Shown piece by piece: positions 61,833 through 64,000 of a stretch of DNA of 64,000 nt. The notes beneath the pieces were generated by a model. The model did not search any database and was not told the origin of the DNA. It was given only the letters and a program-made list of their open reading frames with translations. The translations under genes and the position numbers were made by a program. Position 1 is the stretch's first letter. Each line of letters begins with the position of its first letter. Source of the stretch: Saprospiraceae bacterium UBA1994 (GTDB lineage Bacteria; Bacteroidota; Bacteroidia; Chitinophagales; Saprospiraceae); NCBI GenBank assembly GCA_002335865.1, contig DDCY01000030.1, positions 183 through 64,182 of the forward strand, in the 5' to 3' direction.

Positions 61833-62128
61833 TTTTATTATCTGGTGTACTTATAAATAACGTTTCAAAAGTATCTATTTGTTCTTCATGTAGATAGTTA
61901 AAATATCTTTAAAACTATATTGATACCAATAGCGACTACACTCAACAGTGAAGATTTAAATTGTTTATTATAGGTATTAACGACCCATATTTTCATATTC
62001 TGGGAGTTTAAATATCTATCAGTTAAGCAAATTACTTCTTATTCTAAAATTTGTAAATTATTATTTTATCTTTGCCCTCCCAAATTTGGGTTTATTATTA
62101 TTTCACTAAATAAAACTACTTCTATATA

Positions 62129-62581
62129 ATGCGAAATTATGAAGTAAATTTCATCGTCGATCCCGTACTGTCTGGCGAAGAAATCAAAGCGACAGCGAAA
62201 GTGTATAAATCACTTTTGACAGATGGTGGCTCTAAAATAGTCCACATTGACGAAATGGGTCTTAAGCAGTTAAGATATCCAATCAACAAAAGATCATCTG
62301 GAATTTATTATTGTATCGAATTTTCATGTGATAATGGCGATATCATCCCTAGCTTGGAGCTTGCTTTTCGTAGAGATGAACGTATCATGAGATTCCTTAC
62401 TGTCAAATTAGACAGGTACGGAGTTAAATTTAATGAAGACAAAAGAAGCGGTCTTATTGGTAAGAAAAAGCCGAAAGAGACTGAAGAAGAAGTTCCTACT
62501 GAAGTGAAAGCTGAAGTAAAGAAGCAACTTGAGCCTAAACCTGCTGATTCTGTTCCTGCCCCTAAGCAAGAGGAAGAATAA
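62129..62581 (+). CDS. rpsF: 30S ribosomal protein S6 with long charged C-terminal extension
   Basis: 'MRNYEVNFIVDP...' is a typical S6 N-terminus, and the rpsF-rpsR-rplI order is conserved. About 45 extra residues of K/E/P-rich sequence end in ...KQEEE. Confidence 0.9.
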   Translation: MRNYEVNFIVDPVLSGEEIKATAKVYKSLLTDGGSKIVHIDEMGLKQLRYPINKRSSGIYYCIEFSCDNGDIIPSLELAFRRDERIMRFLTVKLDRYGVKFNEDKRSGLIGKKKPKETEEEVPTEVKAEVKKQLEPKPADSVPAPKQEEE

Positions 62582-62618
62582 CCTTGTCTTATTATCACAC
62601 TTTCAAATTTAAATTTCA

Positions 62619-62885
62619 ATGGCAAATAGAGAAGTAATTAAATTTTTGAGTAACCCTAACATAGGATCTCAAAAGAAAAAATACTGTAGATTTAAGAAGT
62701 TCGGAATCAAGCACATCGACTATAAAGATGAGGACTTTCTCCTACAATTTATCAACCCTCAAGGAAAACTTCTTCCAAGAAGAATCACAGGAAATTCATT
62801 AAAATATCAAAAGAAAGTCGCTGTAGCGGTAAAGAGAGCTAGACACTTAGCTATTCTTCCTTATGTAGCCGATTTATTAAAATAA
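62619..62885 (+). CDS. rpsR: 30S ribosomal protein S18
   Basis: 'KKYCRFKKFGIKHIDYKD...LPRRITG...KYQKKVAVAVKRARHLAILPY' is a typical S18 sequence. Confidence 0.9.
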   Translation: MANREVIKFLSNPNIGSQKKKYCRFKKFGIKHIDYKDEDFLLQFINPQGKLLPRRITGNSLKYQKKVAVAVKRARHLAILPYVADLLK

Positions 62886-62905
62886 ACTGCAAAGTAGTAT
62901 CAGAT

Positions 62906-63352
62906 ATGGAAATTATATTATTAAAAAACATGGATACCCTGGGCTACAAGCATGATATCGTCACTGTGAAAAACGGTTATGGTAGAAACTTCCTCATACC
63001 TCAGGGACTAGGAGTTATTGCTAATGGCGATAACCGTAAGAAACTTGAAAAACTCGTAGCTGAAGAAGATGCTAAGGAGTCTGCAAGAGTAGGAGATTAC
63101 AAAGAGATGGCAGCTAAATTAGAAGGTCAGACTCTTAAGATTGCGGTTAAAGCAGGAACATCAGGTAAAATATTTGGGAGTGTTACTTCCGTGCAGATTG
63201 CAAATGCGCTTAATGAGCAACTTGGAATCGATGTTGAAAGACGAAGAATTGAAATGCCAGAAGACATCAAAGAAATCGGTAAGTACAATGCTACTATCAC
63301 TTTCCACAAAGAGGTTTCTGGTAAAATAGATTTCGATCTCGTACAAGACTAG
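62906..63352 (+). CDS. rplI: 50S ribosomal protein L9
   Basis: 'MEIILLKNMDTLGYKHDIVTVKNGYGRNFLIPQGLG' is a typical L9 N-domain. Confidence 0.9.
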   Translation: MEIILLKNMDTLGYKHDIVTVKNGYGRNFLIPQGLGVIANGDNRKKLEKLVAEEDAKESARVGDYKEMAAKLEGQTLKIAVKAGTSGKIFGSVTSVQIANALNEQLGIDVERRRIEMPEDIKEIGKYNATITFHKEVSGKIDFDLVQD

Positions 63353-63406
63353 AGATTGTCTAATTCGTAGAATCAAAATTAATTGAAAGTCTAACTCTGT
63401 AAAGAG

Positions 63407-64000
63407 TTAGGCTTTTCTTTTTTTATGATTATCTAATTGTTTAACGGTCCGCACAGGAACAAAATCACATGTTGATCCGTAGGCTTTTAACCACTTCTCG
63501 GCCTTTTTGTATTCTGGATATACTTTTTCGACTATTGTCCAGTATTTCTTGGAATGATTCATCTCATTCATATGGGCTAGTTCATGAACAATCACATAAT
63601 CTAGAACCCATTGTGGGGCCATCAATAGCCTTGTTGACAGATTGATATTGCCTGAGTTAGAGCAGCTACCCCAATTACTTTTGTTGTATTTTAGTCTTAG
63701 ACTCTTTACCGCATGACCAAAATAATGTTTGTTAATTAACTCAAGTCTCTTTTCTACTTCATGTTTGTATTTCTTAGCAAAGACCCTGGATAGCGCTGTT
63801 TTTATAATTTCAGATTTGTTAACTCCAAAAAGCTTTTCATCCAAAGACAACAATATTCTGTCTTCCTTTATTTTTGCACTACTACTAGACCTTTTCTTCT
63901 CTTCTATATGCAATGTATAGTGCATTTCCATACAGTTGATACGATCACCAGATAGATAATTAATCGGAATTAGGTGATCTAGGCTACTTTGAGATTTTTT
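63407..64000 (-). CDS. DUF45/YgjP-like (M48-related) zinc metallopeptidase; the 5' end may lie beyond the window
   Basis: 'YVIVHELAHMNEMNHSKKYW' is the HExxH...H motif of DUF45. The reading frame upstream of Met 63931 stays open to base 64000, so the true start is uncertain. Confidence 0.7.
   Translation of the reverse strand, partial: KKSQSSLDHLIPINYLSGDRINCMEMHYTLHIEEKKRSSSSAKIKEDRILLSLDEKLFGVNKSEIIKTALSRVFAKKYKHEVEKRLELINKHYFGHAVKSLRLKYNKSNWGSCSNSGNINLSTRLLMAPQWVLDYVIVHELAHMNEMNHSKKYWTIVEKVYPEYKKAEKWLKAYGSTCDFVPVRTVKQLDNHKKRKA

Noticed and set aside
1-64000. Search for CRISPR arrays, transposases or integrases, prophage genes, restriction-modification, toxin-antitoxin or other defence modules, and additional tRNA or rRNA genes.
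   Set aside because: No spaced direct repeats were found, no ORF has recombinase, transposase or nuclease hallmarks, and no further tRNA-like T-arm/acceptor combinations were seen. The window reads as core chromosome.

Overview
This is a 64 kb AT-rich chromosomal segment that looks like a Bacteroidota (Flavobacteriia-like) genome. It carries T9SS/gliding genes, TAnnTTTG-type promoters, no Shine-Dalgarno-like leaders, and SusC-independent TonB receptors. I can support about 50 protein-coding genes, one tRNA-Leu(CAA), the RNase P RNA (rnpB), several intrinsic terminators, and a few canonical TTG-N19-TAnnTTTG promoters.

Most of the content is housekeeping:
- Translation and RNA modification: rsmE, rsmI, rpsF-rpsR-rplI.
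- Envelope: rseP, murF, an lptC-like gene, an OmpA/TSP3 protein, a lytic transglycosylase.
- Cofactor synthesis: lipA, folC.
- Peptide scavenging: two POT transporters, an M32 carboxypeptidase, PepD, an amino-acid dehydrogenase.
- Energy: a membrane pyrophosphatase.

The accessory-like parts are:
- a T9SS/gliding core block: porV-porU, divergent from a PorP/SprF-family gene, then gldJ-murF;
- a type-B-CTD T9SS cargo gene coupled to lptC-like and CNNM/GldE-like genes;
- a compact GDP-heptose activation module plus a glycosyltransferase;
- a lipoprotein plus TonB-dependent receptor pair behind a palindromic site;
- a very large multi-pass orphan histidine kinase.

I found no transposases, integrases, CRISPR arrays, toxin-antitoxin or recognisable defence genes, and no extended repeats. 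I do not see convincing evidence for a wholly novel multi-gene system in this window. The findings below are modest leads, each labelled with its basis. All family assignments come from motif recognition by eye in the supplied translations and need HMM or BLAST confirmation.
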